Positions 11,676-24,945 are shown, numbered from the stretch's first letter. The stretch: 64,000 nucleotides of DNA from Octopus sinensis (GCF_006345805.1 NC_043018.1:15190001-15254000); one strand, 5' to 3'. Notes: generated by a model not told the origin, from the sequence alone. Numbers and translations: made by a program.

Positions 11676-11914
11676 ATGATATATACATATTATAACCCGA
11701 TTTCATTCGGGCCTACTCGGGTTACATTTTAAAGATGAAGAAATTTGCCGTAGAGGCCACGCATTTCAATTGAGCAAACTCAAAGTTGCCATGCAAACTC
11801 CCCAGCACTTTTAACATAGGTATGCAAAATTTCAGCTCAACCCGACTGCATTTACTAACACTTTTGCCTGCACAACTGCTTGTGAGACAACGCTCACCCT
11901 TTTCACAAAAATAT

Positions 11915-12065
11915 AGAAATGGCTGTGCGGTAAGTAGCATGTTGACCAACCACATGCTTTCGGGTTCATTTCACCTTGGGCAAGTGCTTTCTACTATAGC
12001 CTCGGGTCGACCAAAGCCTTGTGAGTGGATTTGGTAGATGGAAACTGAAAGAAGCCCGTCATATG
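11915..12065 (+). mobile_element. SINE-A 5' half
   Basis: ggctgtgcggtaagtagc...gaaactgaaagaagcccgtc. Confidence 0.8.
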
Positions 12066-12264
12066 TATGTATGTGTGTGTGTATATGTCTGTGTGCGTTT
12101 GTGTGTGTTTGTGTGTGTGTGTGTGTTGTGAAATGTGAATATATTTTTAACAACTTTTCTATAGACAATCATGGCTATATCATTCATATGTATATATAAT
12201 CATTTGGATAAATTCTAAAACAGACAGTAGAAAGGCATTTAACATTAGAAGAAAGTTTTCTTAC

Positions 12265-12318
12265 CAGGTTTCCGCAAAATATTAAAACAGATACTTTCGT
12301 CTACTATTCGTCGCTGGT
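12265..12318 (-). CDS. Candidate 54-nt symmetric (phase 1-1) coding micro-exon of an unidentified host gene
   Basis: Acceptor tttttcccccag and donor CTG|GTAAGA; open frame xQRRIVDESICFNILRKP; lies in non-repetitive DNA; no homology recognised. Confidence 0.3.
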
Positions 12319-12669
12319 CTGGGGGAAAAATGCCCAATTCAAATCGTTGACTCAGGATCTTCTCAAAGTATTTCTATATTATATATATATATTATTGACA
12401 TGCATATGTAGGTCCCGCCCCCAACACACAAACACACACGCGCACTCTCACTCTAACACATACACAGGCACGCAGATATACTAGAAGGTTCCACGTGACT
12501 GCGCAATATACTTCGGTCTCCGTCCTCATTGGCTGCATTTTCCGCTTGTTTGTCCGCGCTTTGTTTTAAGATGTTTTCTATCTTTTTTCTTAAACCTTTT
12601 TACATTAATCGTCCTTTTTCATTTTATACCGTATGTAGTCTTATTTTTTTAAATTTTGTTATTTATTTA

Positions 12670-12744
<75 letters not shown>

Positions 12745-12748
<4 letters not shown>

Positions 12749-12955
12749 TCTTTTACTCTTTTACTTGTTTCAGTCATTTGACTGCGACCATGCTGGAGCA
12801 CCGCCTTTAGTCGAGCAAATCGACCCCGGGACTTATTCTTTGTAAGCCCAGTACTTTTTCTATCGGTCTCTTTTTGCCGAACCGCTAGTGTGACGGGGAC
12901 ATAAACACACCAGCATCGGTTGTCAAGCAATGCTAGGGGGACAAACAATGACACA

Positions 12956-13026
<71 letters not shown>

Positions 13027-13203
13027 ATATATATATATATATATACGACAGGCTTCTTTCAATTTCCGTTTACCAAATCCACTCACAAGGCATAGGTCGG
13101 CTCGGGGCTATAGTAGAAGACACCTGCCCAAGGTGCCACGCAGTGGGACTGAACCCGGAACCATGTGGTTGGTAAGCAAGCTACTTACCACACAGTCACT
13201 CCT
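12745..13203 (-). mobile_element. SINE family A, full length
   Basis: All diagnostic blocks present. Confidence 0.9.
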
Positions 13204-13456
13204 GTTTATTTGATTAATTATTTATTTATTTTCTAGCATTCCCCTACCGCCAAAAACAATTCTGTTAATGATAGAAAATGGCAAATCAAATCAATGGGGA
13301 AAAACGGCTAATAAATGTCAGCGATCCGGTAAATATATTTTGTACATCCACAGAATGGAAGCACTCGGAGAATCAGACACTATTGTAACGTTTCGGTCAA
13401 AATTTCACCCACGTGATGTATATTAGTGCACACACACATGAACACACAGACACACA

Positions 13457-13494
<38 letters not shown>

Positions 13495-13572
13495 GACATA
13501 AGCATATACATACATATATATGTACATATAAATACATACTTATGTATGTATGTATGTATGTTTGTATGTATG

Positions 13573-13616
<44 letters not shown>

Positions 13617-13633
13617 CGTGTGTATATTTATAT

Positions 13634-13676
<43 letters not shown>

Positions 13677-13811
13677 TTCTCTCTCCATATATATATATAT
13701 ATATATGTATAATATTAATTAGAGACAAAACCACTATTTTGCAAATCAAACAAAGAAAGACTTAATCCAATACATAAAAAAATTTAATATAAATTAAATA
13801 AAATATATGTA

Positions 13812-13845
<34 letters not shown>

Positions 13846-14213
13846 CTAGCAGTATCGCCCGGCGTTGCTCAGGTTTGTAAGGGAAATAACTATAAAGCAT
13901 TTTTAGAGAGTTATAGCCAAAAATAGCAAAAAAATGATGGTAAATTTTTTTTTTAGTTAAAAAAGTTGAGTTGCGTCCCCTAGACAGTCTGCGGTTTGTT
14001 TCTGATTCTCGACCCCATGTCGATTTTATCGATCTTTTTCAGAACTGGGGGAACTTTTCAAATTTTCGCTGCGTTAGTTTTGAATTATGACATTGGGCTA
14101 TGCGTGTGTCAAGTTTCATCAGAATCGGTTGAAAGCCGTGGTCAGGGTGAGGGTACAAGCAAACAGACACACAGAAACACGCACAGACAAACTGCCGTTT
14201 ATATATAGAGAGA
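13846..14213 (-). mobile_element. Non-autonomous Helitron (subfamily 1)
   Basis: 5'-TC...hairpin...CTAG-3' on the minus strand, A|T insertion site. Confidence 0.8.
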
Positions 14214-14228
14214 TGATATAATATATGT

Positions 14229-14266
<38 letters not shown>

Positions 14267-14329
14267 ACATATATATATTATATATATATATATATATATA
14301 TGATATATATATATATAGGCACGCATGTA

Positions 14330-14417
<88 letters not shown>

Positions 14418-14844
14418 ATGTATGTATGTATGTATGTATGTATGTGTGCTTGTGTGTGTGTGGATGTATTTGTGTGTCTGTGCGGTAAGTAGCTTGCTTC
14501 CCGACCACATGGTTCCAGGTTCTGTGGCACCTTGGGCAAGTGTCTGCTTCTATAACCTCGGGCCAACCAAAGCTTTGTGAGTGGATTTGGTAAACAGGAA
14601 CTGAAAGAAGCGCACGTTAACAAAGCGGTATGGGTTCGACTCCCACGCGGATAAGAAAGCCTTCTTTTTCTGTCCAGGGCTTATGTGCCCCTTTATTAGA
14701 CTATTTTCCTTAGTCATTGAACACTAATCACCAAAAGTTTTAAGCTTATATAAAAATACCATTATTATTATTCATTTTATTTGTAAAAACGGCGGCGTCG
14801 TATAAAAAAAACATTCGCACTGAAAGCATATATATATATATATA

Positions 14845-15010
14845 TGCCTGTGTTTGTCCCTCCACAATCGCTTGGAAACTGATGTTGGTTTGCTCACGTC
14901 GCCGTAACTTAATGGTTCGGCAAAAAGAGACCGATAGAATAAGTACTAGGCTTACAAAGGAAAAGTCCTGGGGTCGATTTGTTCGACTAAAAGTGGTGCT
15001 CCAGCATGTA
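14845..15010 (+). mobile_element. SINE-A 3' half, diverged
   Basis: tgtgtttgtccc...gagaccgatagaataagtact...gtgctccagcatg. Confidence 0.75.
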
Positions 15011-15195
15011 CATAAAACTTATATATACTTACATCGATACATACATACATACATACATACATACATGCATACATGCATGCATACATACATACATACATAC
15101 ATACATACATACATACATACTACATATGACGACCTTCTTTCAGTTTCCACCTTACCAAATCTACTCATAAGGCCGTACGATATAGCAGAAGACTA

Positions 15196-15549
15196 TCTCT
15201 CTCTATATAAACGGCAGTTTGTCTGTGTGTGTTTCTGTGTGTCTGTTAGGTTGTACCCTCACCCTGACCACGGCTTTCAACCGATTCTGATGAAACTTGA
15301 CACACACATAGCCCAATGTCATAATTCAAAACTGACGCAGCGAAAATTTTGAAAAGTTCCCCCAGTTCTGAAAAAGATCGATAAATTCGACATGGGGTCG
15401 AGAATCAGAAACCCAAACCACAGACCGTCAAAAAAAATTTACCATCATTTTTTTCCCATTTTTTTTGCTATTTTTTGGCTATAACTCTCTAAAAATGCTT
15501 TATAGTTATTCCCCTTACAAACCTGAGCAACGCCGGGCGATACTGCTAG
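15196..15549 (+). mobile_element. Non-autonomous Helitron (subfamily 1)
   Basis: a|TCTCTCTCTATATAAACGGCAG...CCTGAGCAACGCCGGGCGATACTGCTAG|t. Confidence 0.8.
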
Positions 15550-15870
15550 TATTGATATAAATACATATATACATAGATACGTATACACACACACACATAC
15601 ACACACGCATACATATATGTACATATACACGCCACCGCAAAGTATATATACATGTATCTCTTTTACTCTTTTACTCTTTTACTTGTTTCAGTCATTTGAC
15701 TGCGACCATGCTGGAGCACCGCCTTTAGTCGAGCAATTCGACCCCGGGACTTATTCTTTGTAAGCCCAGTACTTATTCTATCGGTCTCTTTGCTGAACCG
15801 CTAAGTGACGGGGACATAAACACACCAGCATCGGTTGTCAAGCAATGCTAGGGGGACAAACACTGACACA

Positions 15871-15914
<44 letters not shown>

Positions 15915-16371
15915 ACACACATATTTATATATATATACGACAGGCTTCTTTCAGTTTCCGTCTAAACAGCCAAAAACAATTCTGTTAATGATAGAAAATG
16001 GCAAATCAAATCAATGGGGAAAAACGGCTAATAAATGTCAGCGATCCGGTAAATATATTTTGTACATCCACAGAATGGAAGCACTCGGAGAATCAGACAC
16101 TATTGTAACGTTTCGGTTCAAAATTTCACCCACGTGATGTATATTAGTGCACACACACACACATGAACACACACACACACACATACACACACACATACAC
16201 ACACAGACATAAACATATACATACATATATATGTACATATGAATACATACTTATACATGTATGTATGTATGTATGTATGTATGTATGTATGTATGTATAT
16301 ATATATATATATATATGCACACACGTGTGTATATTTATATCTATCTATCTATCTCTCTCTCTCTCTCTCTC

Positions 16372-16407
<36 letters not shown>

Positions 16408-16439
16408 AATATATATATAGGCACACATGTATGTGTGTG

Positions 16440-16490
<51 letters not shown>

Positions 16491-16652
16491 ATGTATGTAT
16501 GTATGTATGTATGTATGTATGTATGTGCTTGTGTGTGTGTGGATGTATTTGTGTGTCTGTGCGGTAAGTAGCTTGCTTCCCGACCACATGGTTCCAGGTT
16601 CCATGGCACCTTGGGCAAGTGTCTTCTGCTATAACCTCGGGCCAACCAAAGT

Positions 16653-17373
16653 TTGACTGTTCAGGAGCGAGCTAAGATAGCAGCTCGCTATGAAGTGTGG
16701 AAGTCTATTGTTCCGCTTCAGAGATGGAGGCGTGCATGGGAATGTAAGCATGCAACACTACGTCCGGTGACAATAAAACGCTGCCGTGCAAAGCTTATGA
16801 CCACGGACTCTGTGAACGATGCAAGTGGTGGCCGTCCAACTACATCCTGGTCAGCGGAGAATGTGGCGACAGTGCAGGAAATGCTTAATCACAGCCCGTG
16901 AAAATCAACACATCAAGCAGCTCGTGAAAGTGGACTAACAAGACACACAATACGTACGGTGTTGCATAAAGAATTGAATTTCCATCATCCGTGGAAACTC
17001 CATTACGTGCAGGAGATAAAACCTGAAGATTGTGACAGCAGAAGTCCAGAACTCCCAAGGAGTCCAGATCTCACTCCACGTGATTTTTACCTGTGGGGTT
17101 ACGCAAAAGTGGAAGTGTACAAAACAAAACAAGACACGGATTCAGGAGGTTCTCAATGATATCCCAGACGACACCATTCAGAAGGTTGTTCATTTTGTCC
17201 CTGGACATTTGAGGAAACTGGTTGACGCCACCGGAGCTTAGGGTGAAATACGAAGATTTACTTTCATTTTCCCTTGTAATAAAGAATATGTACCATTTGT
17301 TTCAATAAATTTGTAAAAGGAATATGGATCTTATTACTAATTTTTGATGCCTACTTACTTTCCACCCACCTTG
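16653..17373 (+). pseudogene. Internally deleted Tc1/mariner-superfamily transposase remnant
   Basis: N-terminal HTH-like MTVQERAKIAARYEVWKSIV...SGGRPTT; PRSPDLTPRDFYLWGY motif; catalytic middle deleted; 3' end cccaccttg followed by TA. Confidence 0.75.
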
Positions 17374-17469
17374 TATATATATATACTTATTTTATAGGCA
17401 TCTTTCTACCCACCTCTCTCTTTTTGTCTGTCTGCTGTCCCTCTCTACCTGTCTGTCTCTCTCTCTCCC

Positions 17470-17900
17470 CCTCTTTCACTTTTTTCTCTCTCGTTGCTCA
17501 CACGTGACCATCGTCCATCTTTCTCTTCCTTACGTGACCATCTTTCTTTTCCTGCACAGACGTTCAAAGGACTGGGCGTGTTTTTCTCTCTCTTCTCACA
17601 ACATTCACTATTTTCATTTCGTTCTGGTCTAACGATCTTCCGTGTTTGTTTTCTTTCGGATTCCTTGTATGAATCCACTGTCATGTTTTTCTTCCCAACT
17701 TTGGTCCTTCATAAATCCTAAATTTTATTTTAGAATTTACGGGAGCAACTGTCTTTGAAGACTCATACTGTCGTTGAATGCTCGAAATGAGGAGTAGATA
17801 GACAGCCGACAACTGATGATGGGTAGTTCTGTATGTTTACTTGTCCTGTTTTCAATTCTTTCTCGTTGTTTGTGTATTTAAACAATATTTAAACCACACA
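17470..17900 (+). mobile_element. Probable Penelope pLTR-like remnant with a degenerate hammerhead at 17749-17805
   Basis: ctgtct-TTGAAGA-...atgctc-GAAA-...-agacag: stem I intact, core and stem II mutated. Confidence 0.35.
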
Positions 17901-17904
17901 CATA

Positions 17905-18036
17905 TACACTCACAAGGCTTTGGTCGGTCCGAGGCTATACTAGAAGACACTTACCCAAGGTGCCACGCAATAGGACTGAACCTGGAACCATGTGATTGGT
18001 AAGCCAGCTACTTGCCACACAGTCACTCCTACGCCT
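17905..18036 (-). mobile_element. SINE-A 5' half
   Basis: ctcacaaggctttggtcgg...cacagtcactcctacgcct. Confidence 0.8.
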
Positions 18037-18131
18037 ATAACTGCACAGTAGTTCTCGTGGTTTTTTATCTTAACTGATTGGAAGTGTTATCATGTACATT
18101 GTTTTGTCTTGGTATTAAAAAAGGGCTACGC

Positions 18132-18143
18132 CTATTATTATTA

Positions 18144-18180
<37 letters not shown>

Positions 18181-18248
18181 CATAATTATTATTATTATTA
18201 TTATCATTATTATTATTATTATTATTATCATTATTATTATCATTATTA

Positions 18249-18288
<40 letters not shown>

Positions 18289-18338
18289 CATTATTATCAT
18301 TATTATTATCATTATTATTATTAATATTATTATTATTA

Positions 18339-18384
<46 letters not shown>

Positions 18385-18478
18385 CATTATTATTATTATT
18401 ATCATTATTATTATCATTATTATTATTATTATTATCATTATTTTATTATTATTATCATTATTATCATTATTACTATTA

Positions 18479-18515
<37 letters not shown>

Positions 18516-18545
18516 CATTATCATCATTATTATTATATTATTATT

Positions 18546-18583
<38 letters not shown>

Positions 18584-18717
18584 CGTTTGTTGATTTTTCT
18601 TGTTACTGTTTCTCTCATCATATCACGCTTAACTAACTTTTGTTTAATTAACCGAAAAGACCGTCCAGTATATTTTCCAATATAGATTTTAGCTAATCAG
18701 TTTTCTGTATGATTACA

Positions 18718-18760
<43 letters not shown>

Positions 18761-19189
18761 TTTGTGTGAGAGAGAGACGGAGAGAGTGAGTGCGTGTATA
18801 TGTGTGTGTGTGTGCGCGCGCATGTGTGTGTATGGATATGACTGTATGCGTGTATGTATCATCATCATCGTCATCATCATTATTATTATTATTATTATTA
18901 TTTTGTTGTTGTTGTTGTGTTGTTGTTATTATTATTATTATTATTATTATTCTCATTATTATATTATTATTATTATTATATTATTATTATCATCATTATT
19001 ATTATTATTCTCATTATTATTATCATTATTATTATTATATTATTATTAATAATATTATTATTATTATTATCATTATTATTATTATTATTATTATTATCAT
19101 TATTATTATATTATCATTATTATTATCATTATTATTATTATTATTATCATTATTTATTATTATTATCATTATTATCATTATTACTATTA

Positions 19190-19223
<34 letters not shown>

Positions 19224-19426
19224 CATTATCATCATTATTATTATTATTATTGTTGTTGTTGTTGTGTTGTTGTTGTTGTTGTTGTTGTTGTTGTCGTTTG
19301 TTGATTTTTCTTGTTACTGTTCTCTCATCATATCACGCTTAACTAACTTTTGTTTATTAACCGAAAAGACCGTCCAGTATATTTTCCAATATAGATTTTA
19401 GCTAATCAGTTTTCTGTATGATTACA

Positions 19427-19469
<43 letters not shown>

Positions 19470-19665
19470 TTTGTGTGAGAGAGAGACGGAGAGAGTGAGT
19501 GCGTGTATATGTGTGTGTGTGTGCGCGCGCATGTGTGTGTATGGATATGACTGTATGCGTGTATGTATCATCATCATCGTCATCATCATTATTATTATTA
19601 TTATTATTATTATTGTTGTTGTTGTTGTTGTTGTTGTTGTTATTATTATTATTATTATTATTATT

Positions 19666-19703
<38 letters not shown>

Positions 19704-19791
19704 CATCATTATTATTATTATTATTCTCATTATTATTATCATTATTATTATTATATTATTAATAATATTATTATTATATTATTATTATTAA

Positions 19792-19822
<31 letters not shown>

Positions 19823-19858
19823 ATTATTATTATTATTATTATTAATATTATTATTATT
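18132..19858. repeat. (ATT/ATC/GTT)n microsatellite field containing a 711-bp-period duplication of a ~290-bp core
   Basis: tgtcgtttgttgatttttcttgttac... starts at 18581 and again at 19292. Confidence 0.9.
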
Positions 19859-21892
19859 CTCCTGGAATCTTGCATGCGTAGCGGTCTTACCACCTGCAGC
19901 CTACGGTAACATGCTATTCGCTCTTTTAAGCTATCTAATACTTTCCTGATTATTCTGGCCGTACCAAGGAGGCAAACCTTTTGTAACAATTCTACTGGGC
20001 ACTCTATTCCAATTTCCTTTATATTCTTCTTCATGCTTTCTGATACTGTTCCCAAGGACCTAACAATAATTGGCTTTATCTTAACCTTATTTATTTTCTA
20101 TGGACGGGCTATTTCGTACTTACGAGGGTTATATCTATCTGTCGTTTCGCCTTCTTTCTTCACTACTCGTGGGTCACAGGGGCAACCAACGTCAACTATA
20201 TAGCATATTGGTGCACCTTGTCCACAACCACTAGGTCCGATCTGTTATGCTCTAGCACCTGATCTGTTGGCGTTGGGAAATCTCAGAGAGTTTTGCTAGT
20301 CTCCGACTCTGCCATTCTCTGCGGTTTGTCCTCATACCACGACTTGCCTCTCTCTAGCCCCCACTTTTCGCAGTTTCCGATATAGCGTTTTCGATACCTG
20401 GTCGTGTCACCATAACTTGTAGTGGTTTGGGGCAAGTCTAGGGCATTCGTTCCTAACATGGGCAATGGTTTCTCCTCCACTCTACTACATATGCGGCACA
20501 GCGGAGACAATTGCTCATTCCTGAGGTTGACCCTCCGGTTTGTGGCCAAAGCATGGTCTTGTGCTGCCAGTATAGTGTTCTCAGTCTCCTTTTTTTAGGG
20601 TTCCTCTTATCAGTCAATCCCACCTATGTTTTCCAGCAACTTCTGTTGTTGCTACATGGAATTGATTGTGTAGTTCTTTCTTGTGTAATTTTTCTTCATG
20701 TCCTTTTTGTACTTCTTCCTTCGTTTTCCTTCTTTTCTCTGCTTCAATACTCCCTCGTTCCTAACTGTCGCTAGCAACGTTTCCTTACTTTGGGCTAGGT
20801 ATCTCAGGTATCTCATTAAGCTCACGAGTTCGATACGCACGCAGTCTTCCATCTTCCACACTCATCAGTTCCCTGCCTCCATTTACTCTCTCCACGTATA
20901 GGCGAGCAGTGCCTGCGCGTGGATAATGGGCTCCACACATCGTTAGGAGCTTTCTTGGCTTTCTGTCCATCTCCTTTAGCTCCTCCTCTCTCCACTTCAG
21001 GATTCCAGCGCCATACCGAACTACTGCGACTGCGCGCGCTTATTGCCGGAATTATGTTTCTGGCATTCAGCCCTGAATCCAGTATTTTTCTCACTCGCCG
21101 CAGGTACTCTATTTTTGCCTTTCCCTTCATGTCATGGTGCTTGATTCCATCTGCCTCAAGTACTCCCAGGTATTTATAGCTGGATTGAAGTTGAATTGCC
21201 TTCATCATTTCACCACTTGGCAACCACATGCCATCTGTACTGGCAAGTTTTCCTCGTCTCATCACCATCGTAGCACATTTTGATAGTCCGAACTCCATCT
21301 TAATATCATTGGAGAAAATCTGCATAGACTTGACTAGGCTGTCCAGATCTGCTTCAGTTTTTGTGAATAGCTTCAGGTCATCCACGAAAAAAAATAATGG
21401 ATTAGGTTTTGCCTTACCTCTTCCCAGGTCATATCCCATCCTTTTTTTTCTGTAGTATTTCACTCAAGGGGAACTTTCCCAGCACGAATATCAGTGCGGA
21501 CACACTGTCCCCCTGGAAGATTCCTCTCTTGATTTTCATCCTCTCCTAGTACTTGCTTCCCCGCTGTCAATTCTGTTCTCCAGTATTTCATGCTGTTCCA
21601 TATAAGGCTTCTCCTATTCCCTGCTACTCCATACATTTCCATTGTTCTTATTATCCAGGAGTATGATATCATATCGTATGCTTTACGATAGTCGACCCAC
21701 GCCATACTCAGGTTTGTGTGTCTTCTCTTGCAGTTTCTGATAATTAGATTATCAATTAAGGAGCTGATCGTTCGTTCCTCGGTTCAATGAGCAGTAGCCC
21801 ACTTTTTCCAAGTATCTGTATAGTTTACAGGCCAAAGCACCTGATATTAGTTACCACATTAGCGGAAGGCATGTTATTGGTCTGAAGTTGGA
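19858..21892 (-). pseudogene. 5'-truncated R4/Dong-type (RLE) non-LTR retrotransposon with (TAA)n at both ends
   Basis: NFRPITCLP, AWVDYRKAYDMI, FFVDDLKLF, YKYLGV, ETESTILAAQDHAL, CRICS knuckle, LQKVCLLGTARIIRKVLD; 3' end ...gattccaggag(aat)n. Confidence 0.85.
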
Positions 21893-22019
21893 TCCATTAT
21901 TATTATTATTATATTATTATTATTATTATTATATTATTATTATTGCTATTACATAAGATATAAGACATAAAATGCAGAGTGTACAGATGAAAAGTTGATA
22001 CCAGATAAGATTGAAAGTC

Positions 22020-24050
22020 AAAAATTTTGGAGTGACATCTGGAGCAAAGACGAGGAGCACAAGAAGGATGCTGAATGGTTGCAAGAACTGAAACAAACAG
22101 TATTCTGTCCAAAACAGGCAGAACTAGTCATTTGAGTTAGGGAAGTGAAGGAAATCAGGAAAAAAATGGGCAACTGGAAGTCCCCGGGATCAGATGGAGT
22201 TCAAGGCTACTGGGTCAAAAGATTTGGTGAACGTCACACACGAATAGCTACACAACTCAACGCCTTGTTAAATACCGACCAAGTAACTCCAGATTGGTTG
22301 CCAATGGATAGGACAGTGCTAGTGCTGTTCTTGAAAAACATCGAAAAAGTCAAAACGGTAGACAATTACAGGCCGATATCCTGCTTGCCACTCTGGATGG
22401 TGCTCAAAAATAACGGGTGTTACCTTAGTCCACTGGTAGGGAACAGATGAAACCGTAGTACATCTCCAGCGTTAGAAGTTGTGCAAAGACAAAAACAACA
22501 ACAACAACAACAATGTTAATAATAAACTTGGGAATTGACGCAGATATGAAAAAAAAAAAGACAATGATATAAAAGAAAAGTCAAAGAACGAGCACCTGCA
22601 ACGAGAGAGAAAAATATTGGCTTCAAATTTGAATACAAGAAACATAATTACGGCCATAAACTCTCGCGCAGTTGCAGCAGTCCAATATGGTGCTGGAACG
22701 CTGAAGTGGACAGAAGAGAAGGTAAAGGATTTGGACAGGAAGACAACAAAGCTGCTCACGCTGCATGAAGCCCACCATTTACGTGCAGACACGTGCATGA
22801 AGAGAGCAAATGGAGGAAACGATTGGTAAGTGTGGAAGACTACGAACATAACTCGGGCTTAATGAGATACTTATCCCAAAGTAAGGAGACCTTGCTCGTG
22901 TCAGTTGGGAACGAGGAAGTATTGGAAGCAGAGGAAGGAGGAAAAACAAAGGAAGAAGTTGAAAAGGGAGAGGAAGAAGTTGAAAAGGGAGAGGAAGAAG
23001 CATTATTCAACATTGGACTACACAATGAATTCCTTACTCTTTTACTCTTTTACTTGTTTCAGTCATTTGACTGCGGCCATGCTGGAGCACCGCCTTTAAT
23101 CGAGCAAATCGACCCCGGGACTTATTCTTTGTAAACCCAGTACTTATTCTATCGGTCTCTTTTGCCGAACCGCTAAGTGACGGGGACGTAAACACACCAG
23201 CATCGGTTGTCAAGCAATGCTAGGGGGACAAACACAGACACACAAACACACACACACATACATATATATACATATATACGACAGGCTTCTTTCAGTTTCC
23301 GTCTACCAAATCCACTCACAAGGCATTGGTTGGCCCGGGGCTATAGCAGAAGACACTTGCCCAAGATGCCACGCAGTGGGACTGAACCCGGAGCCATGTG
23401 GTTGGTTAGCAAGCTACTTACCACACAGCCACTCCTGCGCCTTGAAACATAGTTGGGATTGGCTGAAGAAAGGAGCACTGAAAAAAGATACTGAGAGCAC
23501 TATTCTCGTAGCGCAAGACCAAGCTTTGACCACGAACTGGAGGGTCAATGTTAGGAATGAGCAAGTGTCTCCACTGTGCTGCATCTGTAATAGGGTGGGG
23601 GGAAACCATTTCTCATATTGCGAATGAATGCCCTAGACTAGTCCGAAACCACTACAAGTTGTGGTGACACGATCGTGTAGCGAAAGTGCTACACTGGAAT
23701 CTGCGAAAAGCGGGGGCTAGAGAGAGGTAAGACGTGGGTATGAACACAAACCGCAGGGAGTGGCGGAGTCAGAGACCTGGAAAATCCTCTTGGATTTCCC
23801 AATGCAAACAGATCTGGTGCTAGAGTATAACAGACCGGACCTAGTGGTGGTGAACACGATACATCATATGTGCTGTATAGCTGATGCTGCGTACACTTTT
23901 GACCTACGAGTAGTCAAGAAGGAAGGCAAAAAACTTGATATATACAATCCTCTTAAGTACGAAATAGTCCGGCTATGGAAAATGAAGTAGGTGAGGAAAG
24001 TGCCAATTGCTGACAGAAATTCAAAAGACAGTGCTCATGGGAACTGCCCA
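22020..24050 (+). pseudogene. Fragmented R4/Dong-type LINE in the opposite orientation, interrupted by SINE-A
   Basis: FWSDIW, NWKSPGSDGVQGYW, NYRPISCLP, SNLNTRNIITAINSRAV, KKDTESTILVAQDQAL, EYNRPDLVVV. Confidence 0.8.
23034..23442 (-). mobile_element. SINE family A inserted in the R4-type LINE
   Basis: Full SINE-A; LINE coding sequence continues on both sides. Confidence 0.9.
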
Positions 24051-24276
24051 TATCCTACGTAAAATACTGTCTATGTAATCTCAAATTTTAAAAAAATCTC
24101 ATAATTTTCTTATGTTTTCGTAAACATTCTCTAGAACAATACTATGTGCAAAACTAAATCTATTTCATCCTGGACATAACATCAACATGAACTTTTAGCT
24201 TCTTGTCTCTTGAGGTCTCTGGGGGAGACTTGGAGTCAACTTGTACAAATACAAAGCAAAAGTCAAACATATAATA

Positions 24277-24324
<48 letters not shown>

Positions 24325-24325
<1 letters not shown>

Positions 24326-24587
24326 CTGAAAACAGAAACAATTCCTATCATAGTAGATGTTTTAGGCATGATAAAAAAATATTCAGACAAATACATAACA
24401 AAAACACCAGGACTTACAAACACATATAACATACAGAAAATTGCACTACTAGGCACTGCACACATCTTACGCAGAACACTTTCCATACAATAACCATCAG
24501 AGCATCACAACAAATCACAGCACATACCCAAGGCACACAGAGCTGTGCTAGGTAGTGAAGTGAAAGCACGCTATAAAAATAAAACTA

Positions 24588-24620
<33 letters not shown>
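24325..24620 (+). mobile_element. 3' end of another R4/Dong-type LINE, flanked by (TAA)n
   Basis: LKTETIPIIV...YNIQKIALLGTAHILRRTLSIQ*, short 3'UTR, then (aat)n. Confidence 0.75.
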
Positions 24621-24623
<3 letters not shown>

Positions 24624-24717
24624 CATAAAATATGTATCACATCTCATGAATAAATGGCAGACATTGCTATAGCTCCAAACAAAAGAAGGAATCATATATA
24701 ATAGCCGCTACTCTATG

Positions 24718-24777
<60 letters not shown>

Positions 24778-24824
24778 CAACTATCTATCTATCTATCTAT
24801 CCAACTATCTATCTATCTATCCAA

Positions 24825-24886
<62 letters not shown>

Positions 24887-24945
24887 GTCTGTCTGTCTGT
24901 CTGTCTATTTTTCCTTTCTTTCTTTCTTTCTTTCTTTCTTTCTAT
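24718..24945. repeat. (TCTA)n/(TCTG)n/(TTTC)n microsatellite
   Basis: Directly visible. Confidence 0.95.

Larger units (their letters stand above)
12745..16650. repeat. Local segmental duplication: about 12745-14571 and 15658-16650
   Basis: Unique block gccaaaaacaattctgttaatgatagaaaatggc...aatttcacccacgtgatg at about 13249-13420 and 15970-16140; shared SINE variants; same downstream microsatellites and SINE head. Confidence 0.85.

Noticed and set aside
21850-22400. Twin-priming inversion of a single R4 element (both pieces meet at the NxRPIxCLP motif)
   Set aside because: The overlapping motif differs substantially at nucleotide and protein level (NFRPITCLPLMW versus NYRPISCLPLW), and the plus piece continues collinearly to 24050, so these are two elements
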